A stretch of 64,000 nucleotides of DNA, taken from assembly GCA_965242925.1 (NCBI GenBank), contig CBDEUM010000029.1:256001-320000 (forward strand). The letters are read 5' to 3'. Below, one piece after another: positions 30,231 through 40,849 of this stretch. Source of the DNA: Roseibacillus sp. GTDB lineage: Bacteria > Verrucomicrobiota > Verrucomicrobiia > Verrucomicrobiales > Akkermansiaceae. The notes beneath the pieces are model-generated. The model was not told the DNA's origin. It did not search any database and was given only the letters and a program-made list of their open reading frames with translations. The position numbers and the translations under genes are program-made. How positions within the stretch are numbered: the first letter of the stretch is position 1; each line of letters begins with the position of its first letter.

Positions 30231-31706
30231 ATGAAATTGCTTCCTGTCTTCTTTTGCCTCGCCAGCGTGTGCGGTGCTGTTGCGCAGGCGGCGAAGCCCA
30301 ACATGGTGGTGGTCCTGGTGGATGACCACGCCTTGGAAGCGATCTCGGCCTACGGTACCCATCTCAAGGATCACGCCAGAACCCCTGCCATTGATCGACT
30401 CGCCAGAGAGGGGATGCGTTTCGACAACTTCAGCTGCGGGAACTCGATCTGCTCGCCGAGCCGCGCGTCCATCCTGACCGGCCAGTACAGTCACCGGAAC
30501 GGGGTGCTTGGCCTGAACGGGGCGATCAACGGGGACTCTCCGCAGTATCCGGTGGAACTGCAGAAGGCGGGGTATGACACCTACCTTGTCGGCAAGTGGC
30601 ACTTGAACAGCAAGCCCAGGGGCTACCGCAAATACATGGTGGTGAAGGGGCAGGGAAAATACTTCGACCCGGTCTTCACCGGTTCCGAGGGCACCTGGGA
30701 GCGGGAAGGCTACTCCACCGACGTCTACACCGACATCGCGATGAAATGGCTCAAGGAGCGTGACCGCTCCCGGCCCTTTCTCATGTGCCTCCAGTTCAAG
30801 GCTCCCCATCACGACTACGGACATGCCAGTCGTTACGACGAACTCCTGGCCGGAGTGACCATCCCCGAGCCAGCGACACTCCATGAGGATCTCGCCAACT
30901 GTGACTCGAACCTGAAGCGTGAATTCCTGAAGGCGACCAAGTTCCACATGCTGCACTCAAAGGGCCGGGGTGGCCGGAAGGATCCCGGGGGCAGCTACTA
31001 TGCCCGTCACCTGAAGGACAAGGCTCCCAACACAATGTGGAAGCATGATCCCGCTGATGACAGGGACAAGATCCGGGTGGCCTACCAGCACATGATGCAC
31101 AAGTACATCCGCTGTCTGGCCGGCAATGACGACAACCTCAGGCGGGTGCTCGATTATCTTGATACCGAGGGCCTCACCGGGGATACGGTGGTCATCTACA
31201 CCTCGGATCAGGGCTACTGGCTGGGCCAGCACGGGCTCTACGACAAGCGATTGATCCTCGAGACCTCCATGCGGATGCCGTTCCTGGTCCGTTACCCCGG
31301 GCTGATCAAGGCGGGTTCGGTCAACCGGGACCTGTGTATGAACGTCGACATCGCCCCGACCCTGCTGGAACTGGCCGGGGTGGAGATACCCGTGGCCATG
31401 CAGGGGCGCAGCATGATGCCCCTGCTGAAAGGGAAGCAGGTTGCCGACTGGAGGACGGCCCAGTTCTACACCTACTGGAGCAATCCGGGCCATTACGGGA
31501 TCCGGACCGGGCGCTTCACCTACCTGAAGGTGACCGGTCACCCGGCCGAGTTGTTTGACCGGAAAAAGGATCCGGACCAGCGCTATAATGTGGCGGGGAG
31601 GGAGGTCTACCGGGAGGTCATCAAGGAGCTCGAACTGGAACTCAATCGCCAGATCAGGGAGGCCGGGATCTCCGCCTCTGAACTTCCAGGAGCCAAAAAA
31701 AAATGA
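30231..31706 (+). CDS. Sulfatase (S1, Cys type)
   Basis: KPN..VDDH, CSPSR, GKWHL, SDQGYWLGQHGLYDKR. Confidence 0.93.
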   Translation: MKLLPVFFCLASVCGAVAQAAKPNMVVVLVDDHALEAISAYGTHLKDHARTPAIDRLAREGMRFDNFSCGNSICSPSRASILTGQYSHRNGVLGLNGAINGDSPQYPVELQKAGYDTYLVGKWHLNSKPRGYRKYMVVKGQGKYFDPVFTGSEGTWEREGYSTDVYTDIAMKWLKERDRSRPFLMCLQFKAPHHDYGHASRYDELLAGVTIPEPATLHEDLANCDSNLKREFLKATKFHMLHSKGRGGRKDPGGSYYARHLKDKAPNTMWKHDPADDRDKIRVAYQHMMHKYIRCLAGNDDNLRRVLDYLDTEGLTGDTVVIYTSDQGYWLGQHGLYDKRLILETSMRMPFLVRYPGLIKAGSVNRDLCMNVDIAPTLLELAGVEIPVAMQGRSMMPLLKGKQVADWRTAQFYTYWSNPGHYGIRTGRFTYLKVTGHPAELFDRKKDPDQRYNVAGREVYREVIKELELELNRQIREAGISASELPGAKKK

Positions 31707-33118
31707 AGTTCCAACCGTTACTTCTCATGCTGGTGGCGATGGTCGCCGTTGCGGGTCCGATGGCCGGGGCGGTGGAACGCCCGAACATCGTCTTTGTCCT
31801 GTTTGACGATTTCGGGTGGGGACAGCCCCCGAGCAACCGGGGGGATTCCCCCTTCAAGACCCCCTCCTTCGATGGCCTGGCACGGGAAGGAATGCGATTT
31901 ACGGACGCCCATTCCGCGGCGGCCAACTGCACGCCGACCAGGTATGGTCTCCTTACTGGCCGTTACCCGTCCCGGATCGGACAATTCGGCGTCCTCAACA
32001 CCTATTCCCCTCCGATCATCCCCGGGGAACGGTTGACGGTGGCGTCCTTTCTCAAGGGGCAGGGTTACCACACCGCCTGCATCGGGAAATGGCACCTCGG
32101 ACTGAACTGGACCGGGGACAAGAAGTCCCGGCCCGACACCCCGCCGGTCGGGACCCGTTTCGAGGATGGCCCGAATACCCTAGGCTTTGACTACTTTTAC
32201 GGGTTCACCCATGCCCGCAACATCGGCTGTATCCTGGAGCAGGATGCGGTGGTGTCGCATGTGGAGCGGATCCGGAACCAGCCGCTCATGATTGCGAAGG
32301 CGCTTGAGTACATCGATGAGCGGGCCCGTTCAGGGAAGGAACCCTTCTTCCTCTACTTTCCCATGTGCCCACCCCACAACCCGATCATCCCGGCGCCCGA
32401 ATTCACCGGCAAGGGAGGGCTCACCGGCAAGGAGGGCAAGTATGCGGACTGGGTCTACCAGGGCGATCACATGCTGGGCCGGATCCTGGAGGCGCTGGAG
32501 AAGAAGGGGTTGGCCGGGAACACCCTCGTCATTGCCACCGGTGATAACGGCGCGGCCAAGCGTCCCTATCCCCCTCTGCGGGCGGCCAAGAGCAGTATCT
32601 ACGAGGGCGGCCACCGTGAACCCCTCGCGGTGCGCTGGCCTGGCCGGGTCAAGCCCGGGACGGTGTGTCGCGAACTGGTCTGCCTGAACGATCTCTTCGC
32701 AACCTGTGCGGACATCCTGGAGGAAAAACTTCCCCCCGGAGCGGGTGAGGACAGCGTGAGCATCCTTCCACTTCTGGCGGGGGGATCCCAGCCGGTGCGC
32801 GAAGCGGCCGTCCACCAGGCTTCCGGCGGGCTTGCCATCCGGCAGGGGCCGTGGAAGCAGATCTTCCACCGGGACGGGCGACGGGAGTTGTTCAATCTCG
32901 GTGAGGACATCGGGGAAACCCGAGATCTCAGTGCCTCCCGCAGCGAAGTGGCCAGGCAAATGACCGCCCTGATGCAGCGTTATATCGACCGGGGGCGCAG
33001 TAACCCCGGGCCTCCCCAGAAGAACGACTTTGCCCTGGAACTCTGGGGCACCAAGGAGGAGAGAAAAGAGGGGCGCAAACGAAAAAAGAAAAAACAGGAT
33101 AGCAATGACCAGAACTAA
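31703..33118 (+). CDS. Arylsulfatase-like sulfatase (S1, Cys type)
   Basis: RPNIV..DD, CTPTRYGLLTGRY, GKWHLG, DNG, YEGGHR. Confidence 0.93.
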   Translation: MKFQPLLLMLVAMVAVAGPMAGAVERPNIVFVLFDDFGWGQPPSNRGDSPFKTPSFDGLAREGMRFTDAHSAAANCTPTRYGLLTGRYPSRIGQFGVLNTYSPPIIPGERLTVASFLKGQGYHTACIGKWHLGLNWTGDKKSRPDTPPVGTRFEDGPNTLGFDYFYGFTHARNIGCILEQDAVVSHVERIRNQPLMIAKALEYIDERARSGKEPFFLYFPMCPPHNPIIPAPEFTGKGGLTGKEGKYADWVYQGDHMLGRILEALEKKGLAGNTLVIATGDNGAAKRPYPPLRAAKSSIYEGGHREPLAVRWPGRVKPGTVCRELVCLNDLFATCADILEEKLPPGAGEDSVSILPLLAGGSQPVREAAVHQASGGLAIRQGPWKQIFHRDGRRELFNLGEDIGETRDLSASRSEVARQMTALMQRYIDRGRSNPGPPQKNDFALELWGTKEERKEGRKRKKKKQDSNDQN

Positions 33119-34727
33119 TTCAATCCCACCCCTCATGACCTTCCTGTCGACTCATTCCTTTCGACTGGGCGTCTTCCTGCTGACGGCGGTTGCCCTTGTT
33201 GCGGTCCCTTGCCCGGCCGCGGACAAGGGCCCCAATATCCTGTTCATCATCGCCGACGACCAGTCTCCCTTTGACCTGAAGATCTACAATCCGGATTCCT
33301 CCCTCGAGACTCCGAACCTTGATGCGCTGGCGGCCGCTGGCATGGTGTTTGACGGAGCCCATCACATGGGAGCCTGGGTCGGCGGAGTCTGCACGCCGTC
33401 GCGGCACATGGTCATGTCGGGCCGCACGGTCTGGCATATCCCGGACAAGTCGGGCCGGACCATGAACCCGCACGTCTCCAATCCCCGGCTGGTTCCGTCG
33501 AACTTGCCCATGCACACGATGCCGGCTGTCTTCAACCGGGCGGGCTACGACACCATGCGGACCTGCAAGCGGGGCAACAGTTATGAAAAGGCCAACGCCC
33601 TTTTCACCGTGCGGCATGATGCCACCAAGCGGGGAGGCACCGACGAGAGCGGCAGTGCCTGGCATGCCGGGCAGGTCCTGGACTTCCTGGCCGGGCGGGA
33701 AGCGGGGAAGGATACGGATCCCTTCCTGATCTACTTCGGGTTCTCCCATCCGCACGACGTGCGCGACGGCAAGCCCGGCCTCCTGGACAAGTACGGGGCG
33801 GTCAATCACACCGACGAGAACACCCTGCCGCCGGCGAATGCGAAGCAACCGCTTCTTCCCCCCAATTACCTGCCCCGGCATCCCTTTGACAACACCCACA
33901 TGACGGTCCGGGACGAAGTGGGGGTCAAGGGTGTCTGGGCCAGGCGCGACGAGCGAACCATCCGGAACGAACTCGGGCGCGAGTTCGCCTGCAGCGAGAA
34001 CATCGACATCCAGGTTGGCCGGGTTCTCCGCAAGCTGGAGGCCATGGGGGAGCTGGAGAACACCTACGTGTTTTACACCGCTGACCACGGGATGGCCATT
34101 GGCCGCCACGGGTTGCAGGGAAAACAGAACCTCTACGAGCACACCTGGCGAATCCCCTTCATCGTGAAGGGACCGGGAATCAAGGGGGGCTCCCGGGTGA
34201 AGGGCAACATCTACCTCCTCGACGTTCTGGCGACTCTCTGTGACCTGACCGGAATTGAGATTCCCCGGACCAGCGAAGGCACCAGTTTCAAGCCCGTCCT
34301 GCTCGGCCGGAAGCAGACGGTCCGCGAGGTCCTCTACGGCGTGTATTGCGGAGGCGCCCGCCCGGGGATGCGCTGTGTGAAGCAGGGCGACTGGAAACTG
34401 ATCAAGTACCAGTCCGACAAGGGGAAGGTGCGCGAAACCCAGCTCTTCAATCTCGCGCAGAATCCCCACGAGCTCATCAGCCAGCACCGCGGGCAGGAAG
34501 TGATTGAACTCACCGGCCACGAGCCGGGGGAGCACCAGTGCAACCTGGCCGACGATCCGGAACAGGCCGGGAAGCTGGCGGAGATGGAAAAACTTCTCCT
34601 GGCCGAGATGCGCCGGCTCGATGATCCCTACCGGCTCTGGAACCAGCCCGATGATGGTTTGCCGGTGCCCACGATCCGGGAGAAGGTCAACCGTCCGAAG
34701 AGGAAACCACGGAAGAAATCGCAGTGA
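33105..34727 (+). CDS. Sulfatase (S1, Cys type)
   Basis: PNILFIIADDQ, CTPSR, ADHG..GRHGLQGKQNLYE; start codon uncertain. Confidence 0.9.
   Translation: MTRTNSIPPLMTFLSTHSFRLGVFLLTAVALVAVPCPAADKGPNILFIIADDQSPFDLKIYNPDSSLETPNLDALAAAGMVFDGAHHMGAWVGGVCTPSRHMVMSGRTVWHIPDKSGRTMNPHVSNPRLVPSNLPMHTMPAVFNRAGYDTMRTCKRGNSYEKANALFTVRHDATKRGGTDESGSAWHAGQVLDFLAGREAGKDTDPFLIYFGFSHPHDVRDGKPGLLDKYGAVNHTDENTLPPANAKQPLLPPNYLPRHPFDNTHMTVRDEVGVKGVWARRDERTIRNELGREFACSENIDIQVGRVLRKLEAMGELENTYVFYTADHGMAIGRHGLQGKQNLYEHTWRIPFIVKGPGIKGGSRVKGNIYLLDVLATLCDLTGIEIPRTSEGTSFKPVLLGRKQTVREVLYGVYCGGARPGMRCVKQGDWKLIKYQSDKGKVRETQLFNLAQNPHELISQHRGQEVIELTGHEPGEHQCNLADDPEQAGKLAEMEKLLLAEMRRLDDPYRLWNQPDDGLPVPTIREKVNRPKRKPRKKSQ
34421..34705 (+). 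repeat. Diverged direct repeat, copy A (sulfatase 3' end)
   Basis: Aligns with 36325-36609 (ETQLFNLAQNPHEL..RLDDPYRLWNQPDDGLPVP). Confidence 0.9.
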
Positions 34728-36280
34728 GAAACTTCATGATTTCCCGACCGGGAACCCGCCTTCCCGGTGTGCTGACGGTCCTCCTTCTCATGGGCCAGCC
34801 GATGGTCCACGGCGCTGACGAACCTCCCGCCACCGGGAAACCGAACATCGTGCTGATCCTGGCCGACGACGTGAGCGCGGACATGTTTTCCTGTTATGGG
34901 CGACCGGGCTCGGCCCGCACCCCGAACATCGACCGCATCGCCCGCGAAGGGGTGCGTTTCCGCACCTGTTATGCCCCGGCCATCTGCGGACCCTCCCGCG
35001 CGCTCCTCATGACCGGGGTCTACGGCAACCGCACCGGCGCGTTCCGTAACGACATGTGGGCCTTCGGTTCCCGCGGGACCCTGTTCACGGCCCAGCACAG
35101 CTGGGCCAGGCTGCTGGGACAGGGGGGCTACAAGAGCGCCATCGCCGGGAAATGGCACTGTGGTGCGAAAGAGCCGTGGGATCCCGCGGTCGGGTTTGAC
35201 GAATTCTGTGTCTGGGAGGGGCCGGACAAGATCAAGGGGCACTTCGGGATCGACGTCATCGCCAGCGGAAAACGCAGGGACCTCAAGCTTCCCGACCTGC
35301 GCTACTGGTATCCCTCCATGGTCCGGAACGGGAAATACGTCGAGGTCACCGAATCCGACTTCGGTCCTGATCACCGCTGCAGCTTCCTCATGGACTTCAT
35401 GGCGCGCCAGGCCCGGGCCGGGCAGCCCTTCGTGGCCTACTGGCCCACCGTCATCCCGCACGGCCCCTATTCCACCACCCCGGACGCGGGGGCGGTCATG
35501 GACATCGAACTCGGGAAACCCGACCTCACCGGCCTGGACCGGAAGAAGAAGGCCGCGGTCCTCGCGGAGTACAGCCGGCGCCAGCGCCAGCGTTTCGTCA
35601 ACCTCATCGAGTACATGGACAAACTGATCGGCAAACTCATCGCCAGGGCGGAGGAACTGGACATCTACGAGAACACCTATTTCATCTTCTGCTCCGACAA
35701 CGGCACCGCGGTGACCGCCAAGGACCGCGGGGTGGAACGGGGGGTGCACGTCCCCTACGTGGTGAGGGGACCGGGGATCAGGGCCCGGGGGGCCACCGAC
35801 GAACTGACTGACTTCGCCGACATCGCGCCCACTCTCCTCGACATGGCGGACATCACTCATCCCACCGACGTGAAGTTCGATGGCAGGAGCCAGCTGCCCT
35901 TCCTGAAGGGGAAGGTGAAGAGGCACCGGGAGTGGATCTACGCCTACACCGGCCCGGTCCAGGTGGTGCGAACCAGACGCTACCTGCTGGAGGCGCGGGC
36001 TCCCTTCTATGGCCGGCCGCAGGGACGGTTCTACCTGGCCGGGGAAAAGCGGTTCGGGGCGGGCTACCAGCGGGTGGACGACCACCCGGATCACGCCGCG
36101 GCCCGGTCCCGCTTCGAACAGATCATCCGGGGGCTGCCCTCCCACCTTGAGGAGGATCATCCCTTCTGGATCTCCAAGTTCGGCAAGCGCTGGCTGTCCA
36201 ACAATCCCGACCGGACCGAGCTCGCCAGGAAGCAGCTCTACAATCACCCGGACTTCTCGCCCTACGACCAGACCGACTGA
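34724..36280 (+). CDS. Sulfatase (S1, Cys type)
   Basis: KPNIVLILADD, CGPSR, GKWH, SDNGT. Confidence 0.93.
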   Translation: MRNFMISRPGTRLPGVLTVLLLMGQPMVHGADEPPATGKPNIVLILADDVSADMFSCYGRPGSARTPNIDRIAREGVRFRTCYAPAICGPSRALLMTGVYGNRTGAFRNDMWAFGSRGTLFTAQHSWARLLGQGGYKSAIAGKWHCGAKEPWDPAVGFDEFCVWEGPDKIKGHFGIDVIASGKRRDLKLPDLRYWYPSMVRNGKYVEVTESDFGPDHRCSFLMDFMARQARAGQPFVAYWPTVIPHGPYSTTPDAGAVMDIELGKPDLTGLDRKKKAAVLAEYSRRQRQRFVNLIEYMDKLIGKLIARAEELDIYENTYFIFCSDNGTAVTAKDRGVERGVHVPYVVRGPGIRARGATDELTDFADIAPTLLDMADITHPTDVKFDGRSQLPFLKGKVKRHREWIYAYTGPVQVVRTRRYLLEARAPFYGRPQGRFYLAGEKRFGAGYQRVDDHPDHAAARSRFEQIIRGLPSHLEEDHPFWISKFGKRWLSNNPDRTELARKQLYNHPDFSPYDQTD

Positions 36281-36324
36281 AGAGGCGGGGCTGACCGGAA
36301 AGACCGTGGATTGCCCCTGCCGGG

Positions 36325-36655
36325 GGGAAAGGTGCACGAAACCCAGCTCTTCAATCTCGCGCAGAATCCCCATGAGCTTCTCAGCCAGCATCGTAGCGAG
36401 GAGGTCATTGCCCTGACTGGACACAAGCCGGAGAAAGAAGAGCGGAACCTGGCGCAAGATCCCAGGTATGTCGGTAAGCTGGAGGAGATGGAGACACTTC
36501 TGCTCAAGGAGATGCACCGGCTCGACGACCCCTACCGGCTCTGGAACCAGCCGGATGATGGTCTGCCTGTCCCGGAGGACAGGCAAAAAGTCAATCGGCC
36601 GAAGAGGAAGCGCTCACGAGTCCCGTCACCTTCTGCGGAGGGCAGAGGCTCATGA
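36325..36655 (+). pseudogene. Orphan sulfatase C-terminal fragment (repeat copy B)
   Basis: About 95 codons homologous to the end of 33105-34727; no catalytic region. Confidence 0.85.
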
Positions 36656-36688
36656 GGTCCTGGTGTTCGCTTTTCCAGCCGGGAATTT

Positions 36689-38125
36689 TCAGGCCAGGAT
36701 CTCGTTGATCACTTTTCCTGCCACGTCGGTAAGACGAAAATCACGACCGTTGAAGAAATAGGTGAGACGTTCGTGATCGATGCCGAGGAGATGGAGGATA
36801 GTGGCGTGCAGGTCGTTGACACTGACCCGGTTTTCCACCGCCTTGTATCCAAATTCGTCACTCGCACCGTAGTGGGCACCCCCCTTGATGCCCCCTCCAG
36901 CCATCCACATGGTGAAGGCGTTGGGATTATGGTCTCGTCCCTTGCCGCTCTGGGCGTCCGAGGTGCGGCCGAATTCACCTCCCCAGACCACGAGGGTATC
37001 CTCGAGCATTCCCCGTGACTTGAGGTCCGAGAGAAGGGCGCCGATGGGCTGATCAACGCTCTTGGCTGCGATCCGATGGTTGGCACCGATGTCATTGTGG
37101 CCGTCCCACGGGACGTCGGCCACGCCACCACCGCCGCCATTGGTCCCGGCGTAGAGCTGCACGAAGCGAACCCCTCTTTCAATGAGCCTTCGGGCCATGA
37201 TGCACTGACGGCCCACGAGCTGGGTCTCCTTCTGGTCCAGTCCGTAGGCCTGCTGAGTGGCTTTCGACTCCTTGTCCACGTCCATGGCTTCCGGAGCAGC
37301 CGTCTGCATCCGGTAGGCGAGTTCGAAGGATTCAATCCGGGCGGCGAGATCCCGTTCGAGGGAACGGGGCTCCCCATGGGCACGATTCATCGCTCTCAGG
37401 ATATCGAGCTGGGCCCGTTGGTGCTGGTCGCCCATGTTCTTGCGTCGTGTCAGATTGCCGATGGGGTTGGTCCCGTTGATTGCGGTGGGTTGGAACTTCT
37501 TTGGAAGGAAGCCGGGTGCCCAGATTGGTTTGCCTCCGCGGGGCATGGCACCGTGCAGGACGACGAACCCGGGAAGGTTCTGGTTTTCGCTGCCGAGGCC
37601 GTAGGTCACCCAGGAACCCATGGCGGGCCGTCCCTGCAGGAACATCCCGGAGTTCATCTCCAGCATGGCCGGGGTGTGATTGTTGGATTGCGAGAAGCAG
37701 GAATAGAGGAAGGCCATGTCGTCCACATGCTTCGCCATGCTCGGGAAAATTTCAGAAACCCAGGTTCCGGACTCGCCGTGCTGCTGCCACTCGAACGGAG
37801 AGGCGAGGATCTTTCCGTTGGTAGTGAAAAATCCGGTCTTGGGATCGGCGCCTTCCAGTTTTTCCCCGTTCCGTTTCTGGAGCTCCGGCTTGTAGTCGAA
37901 GGTGTCGACCTGGGATGGGCTGCCGGGCATGAAAAGCCAGATCACCGACTTTGTCTTCGGCTTGAAGTGCGGTCCGGGGATCGGCATGGAGGCACCGGTC
38001 TGGGAGGCTGTTTGTCCCAGCAGGCCTTCCTCGCTGAGGAGTTTGGTCAGGGCCAGGGAACCGCAGCCCAGTCCTGCCTTCTGGAGGAAGTCGCGGCGGG
38101 AATTATAGAAAAGGGAGTCGCTCAT
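36689..38125 (-). CDS. DUF1501 domain protein, Tat-exported
   Basis: SRRDFLQ twin-arginine, PSQVDTFDYKP, SFELAYRMQ, WGGEFGRT, GRDHN. Confidence 0.92.
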   Translation of the reverse strand: MSDSLFYNSRRDFLQKAGLGCGSLALTKLLSEEGLLGQTASQTGASMPIPGPHFKPKTKSVIWLFMPGSPSQVDTFDYKPELQKRNGEKLEGADPKTGFFTTNGKILASPFEWQQHGESGTWVSEIFPSMAKHVDDMAFLYSCFSQSNNHTPAMLEMNSGMFLQGRPAMGSWVTYGLGSENQNLPGFVVLHGAMPRGGKPIWAPGFLPKKFQPTAINGTNPIGNLTRRKNMGDQHQRAQLDILRAMNRAHGEPRSLERDLAARIESFELAYRMQTAAPEAMDVDKESKATQQAYGLDQKETQLVGRQCIMARRLIERGVRFVQLYAGTNGGGGGVADVPWDGHNDIGANHRIAAKSVDQPIGALLSDLKSRGMLEDTLVVWGGEFGRTSDAQSGKGRDHNPNAFTMWMAGGGIKGGAHYGASDEFGYKAVENRVSVNDLHATILHLLGIDHERLTYFFNGRDFRLTDVAGKVINEILA

Positions 38126-38126
38126 A

Positions 38127-40718
38127 TCAGTCTACAAAGATGAATTCGTTCAGGCAGATCACGGTCTGGCAGAAGTCTGCGATCGCCAGTTTCATGGCCT
38201 GCGCATCGCTGCCGTAGGATGCGGCCTGTCCCTGGATGAAGGCAACCATCTGCTGCTGTTCGCCGGGAGCCGGGGGGCGGGCCAGGGCATGAGTGTAGGC
38301 TCTCCGGACCACCTCGTCGACAGGGACCTTGTCGTCGGAATGAATACGCTGGGCAAATTTCTCGGCCATTTCCCGGACATAGGGAGAGTTCATCATGGCC
38401 AGGGCCTGGGGTGGAACCGTGGTGGAGATTCGTTTGCCGATGCTCTGCATGGCGTCCGGGGCATCAAAGAGTTGCAGGATGGGAATCAGGTTACTGCGCT
38501 TCACGGTAAGATAGATGCTGCGCCGGGCATGGCGCTGGTCCACAGTGCCCTTGTCGAACATGCGTTTGTCGAGGGTTCCGCTGACGGCAAGGAGCGAGTC
38601 TCGGATCACTTCCGCCTCCAGGCGGGTGGCTCCCCGCCGCCACCAGAGCCTGTTCTCCGGATCGACCTTGCGGGCGAGTTCGTTGGAGCCTCCCTGCTGG
38701 CGATAGACGGAACTCATCATGATCATCTTGTGGATGGGCTTGAGTTGCCAGCGGTGGCGGATGAGTTCCGCGGCGAGGTGGTCCAGCAGTCCGGGATGGG
38801 TGGGAGCTGCACCCTGGGTCCCAAAGTCGCTGGGCGTGTTCACGATGCCGCGTCCCATGTGGTGCTGCCAGAGGCGGTTCACGATTACGCGCGCAAGGAG
38901 GTGACCGGCTCCCCGCTGTTCGTCGGTGATCCAGTGGGCCAGGGCGACGCGGGGAGGACGATTCTCCGTGGTGGTGAGCCAGTGAGCCTCGTCCGCCCCC
39001 TCTGCCTGCAGGACGCGAAGAAAGGCCGGGGTGGCGAGCTCCTGTTTGGCATTGGAGTTTCCGCGCTCGAGGAAGTAGACCTTGCGGGTGTCACCCCCGA
39101 AGTTGTAGGTCGCTCCTCCCGTGCGGGCTGCATAGATGTTCACCAGGGCCGGCTTGGGAGTTTTCTTGGTGTGCTCCTCGACGGCGAGGTTCAGTTTGCC
39201 CCAGTCCGGGTCCCGCGGGGCGAACCACTTGAGGAGTTCCTGTTTCTGCTTCTCGTTGCGCTTGTCCGGGGACAGGGCGAGGATGTCCTCGATGTTCTTG
39301 GGGACCTCCGGATTGGTGCTGAAGTAGAAGCCGGAACCGCCTCCACCATTGACGATTTTGATCAGCAACTTGTTGGTGCCGGCCTTGAGCTGCAGGGTGA
39401 TCCGGTCCTGGTCCTTGGCCACTCCGCCCTGGACTTCCTTGGCCAGCACGGACTGGCCGTTGAGCCAGACCTTGATGGCATCGTCCCGGCCCAGGGAGAT
39501 GGGGAGAGGGCGCGCCTTGGGGACCTCGATGGTGCGGAAGAGATAGTTCGCGCTGTTGTCTCCCTGGAGGGTGTTGTGGATTACCCCGTCCTTCCATTCC
39601 GGCCTGGCGAGCCACTTCCTGTCACCGTAGGCCTTGGCGAGGTCGATTTCCTTCTCCGGGGGGAAAGCCTCGTTGTAGGCCTTCTTGAAGTCCGCAGCCC
39701 CGAAGGGACCGATATGATGCCAAGGGCTGAGGTTCTCGAGGGAAGCCGGTTTCTCCCGCTTGGCGACCCACTCGGTCAGGCGGGTTGGGAGCACATCCTG
39801 CTCAAAACGGGCCCGGGTTTCGACGAGGGGTTTGTGGGTAGCCTCAAAGCGTTCCTTGTCGGCTTTCGTCTTAGCCGGATCAGGATCGTGAGCATGGTTC
39901 TGGAAGCCGGTTTCCGCGAAGCAGGAGACAAGGCGGTAGTAATCCCTGATTGGAACGGGGTCGTATTTGTGGTCGTGGCAGCGGGCGCATCCGATCGTCA
40001 GGCCGAGCATGGAGGTTCCCATGGTATGGACAATATCGTCCAGTTGCTCGTAGCGACTGCGTTCCCGCTCCTTCTGTGTCTGCTGGGAGGTGAAGGGGCC
40101 AGCCGCCAGGAACCCGGTGGCGGCCTGGGCCATATAGTTTTCCGGTTCTATCTGATCGCCCGCGATCTGCAGTTGGACGAAGCGATCGTAGGGCATGTCT
40201 TCGTTCAGCGCCTTGATGACGAAGTCACGATAGTGATAGGCATCGCCACGGTCCTTGTCGAAGGCGTAGCCATTGCTCTCGGCGAAGCGGGCGAGGTCCA
40301 GCCAGTGGCGGGCCCACCGCTCTCCGTAGTGGGGGCTGGCGAGGAGCCTGTCGATGAGCTTCTCATAGGCCTCCGGAGATTCATTGCCGAGGTAGGCCTC
40401 AATGGCGGCCGGTTCCGGGGGGAGTCCCCAGAGACCAAACATGGCCCGTCGGAAGAGCGTACGCCGGGAGGCTTCCGGGTTCGGGGACAGATTCTGTTTC
40501 TCGAGAGGGGCAAGAATGAAGCGGTCAAGGTGGGTGCGCACCCAGGACTCGTTCTTCACGTCGGGTGGTTTGATGGTCCTGAGGGACTGAAAGGACCAGA
40601 ACTTGCGGCCCTTCTCAAGGTCGATCATCCGGGGAGGGGAAGGGGCTTCCTCGGCGATTGCGATCCCGCCGAGGGCGGTGCAAACCATGGCGGACAGGGC
40701 AATGGGAACACGGCTCAT
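38127..40718 (-). CDS. DUF1549/DUF1553 (PSCyt2/PSD1) protein with an inserted beta-sandwich
   Basis: YGERWARHWLDLARFAES, CARCHDHKYDP, VNRLWQHHMGRG, PTHPGLLD, PQAL.MMNS. Confidence 0.92.
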   Translation of the reverse strand: MSRVPIALSAMVCTALGGIAIAEEAPSPPRMIDLEKGRKFWSFQSLRTIKPPDVKNESWVRTHLDRFILAPLEKQNLSPNPEASRRTLFRRAMFGLWGLPPEPAAIEAYLGNESPEAYEKLIDRLLASPHYGERWARHWLDLARFAESNGYAFDKDRGDAYHYRDFVIKALNEDMPYDRFVQLQIAGDQIEPENYMAQAATGFLAAGPFTSQQTQKERERSRYEQLDDIVHTMGTSMLGLTIGCARCHDHKYDPVPIRDYYRLVSCFAETGFQNHAHDPDPAKTKADKERFEATHKPLVETRARFEQDVLPTRLTEWVAKREKPASLENLSPWHHIGPFGAADFKKAYNEAFPPEKEIDLAKAYGDRKWLARPEWKDGVIHNTLQGDNSANYLFRTIEVPKARPLPISLGRDDAIKVWLNGQSVLAKEVQGGVAKDQDRITLQLKAGTNKLLIKIVNGGGGSGFYFSTNPEVPKNIEDILALSPDKRNEKQKQELLKWFAPRDPDWGKLNLAVEEHTKKTPKPALVNIYAARTGGATYNFGGDTRKVYFLERGNSNAKQELATPAFLRVLQAEGADEAHWLTTTENRPPRVALAHWITDEQRGAGHLLARVIVNRLWQHHMGRGIVNTPSDFGTQGAAPTHPGLLDHLAAELIRHRWQLKPIHKMIMMSSVYRQQGGSNELARKVDPENRLWWRRGATRLEAEVIRDSLLAVSGTLDKRMFDKGTVDQRHARRSIYLTVKRSNLIPILQLFDAPDAMQSIGKRISTTVPPQALAMMNSPYVREMAEKFAQRIHSDDKVPVDEVVRRAYTHALARPPAPGEQQQMVAFIQGQAASYGSDAQAMKLAIADFCQTVICLNEFIFVD

Positions 40719-40849
40719 ATGAGACCCCGATGATAGGCCCTCCGCGCCATTGGGCAAACGGGATCTTCCCGCCCGATGGGAGGACCTCAGTGGGATGGGA
40801 CCGGTATCCCTGGCGGACCGAGCTTCGGCGAGTCTCACCGGTCGGTTTC

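Noticed and set aside
38289..40733. Long antisense ORFs (also 6543-8405, 34628-36586, 50348-52006, 55402-57741, 59036-60577)
   Set aside because: Shadows of well-supported genes on the opposite strand in high-GC DNA; no motifs
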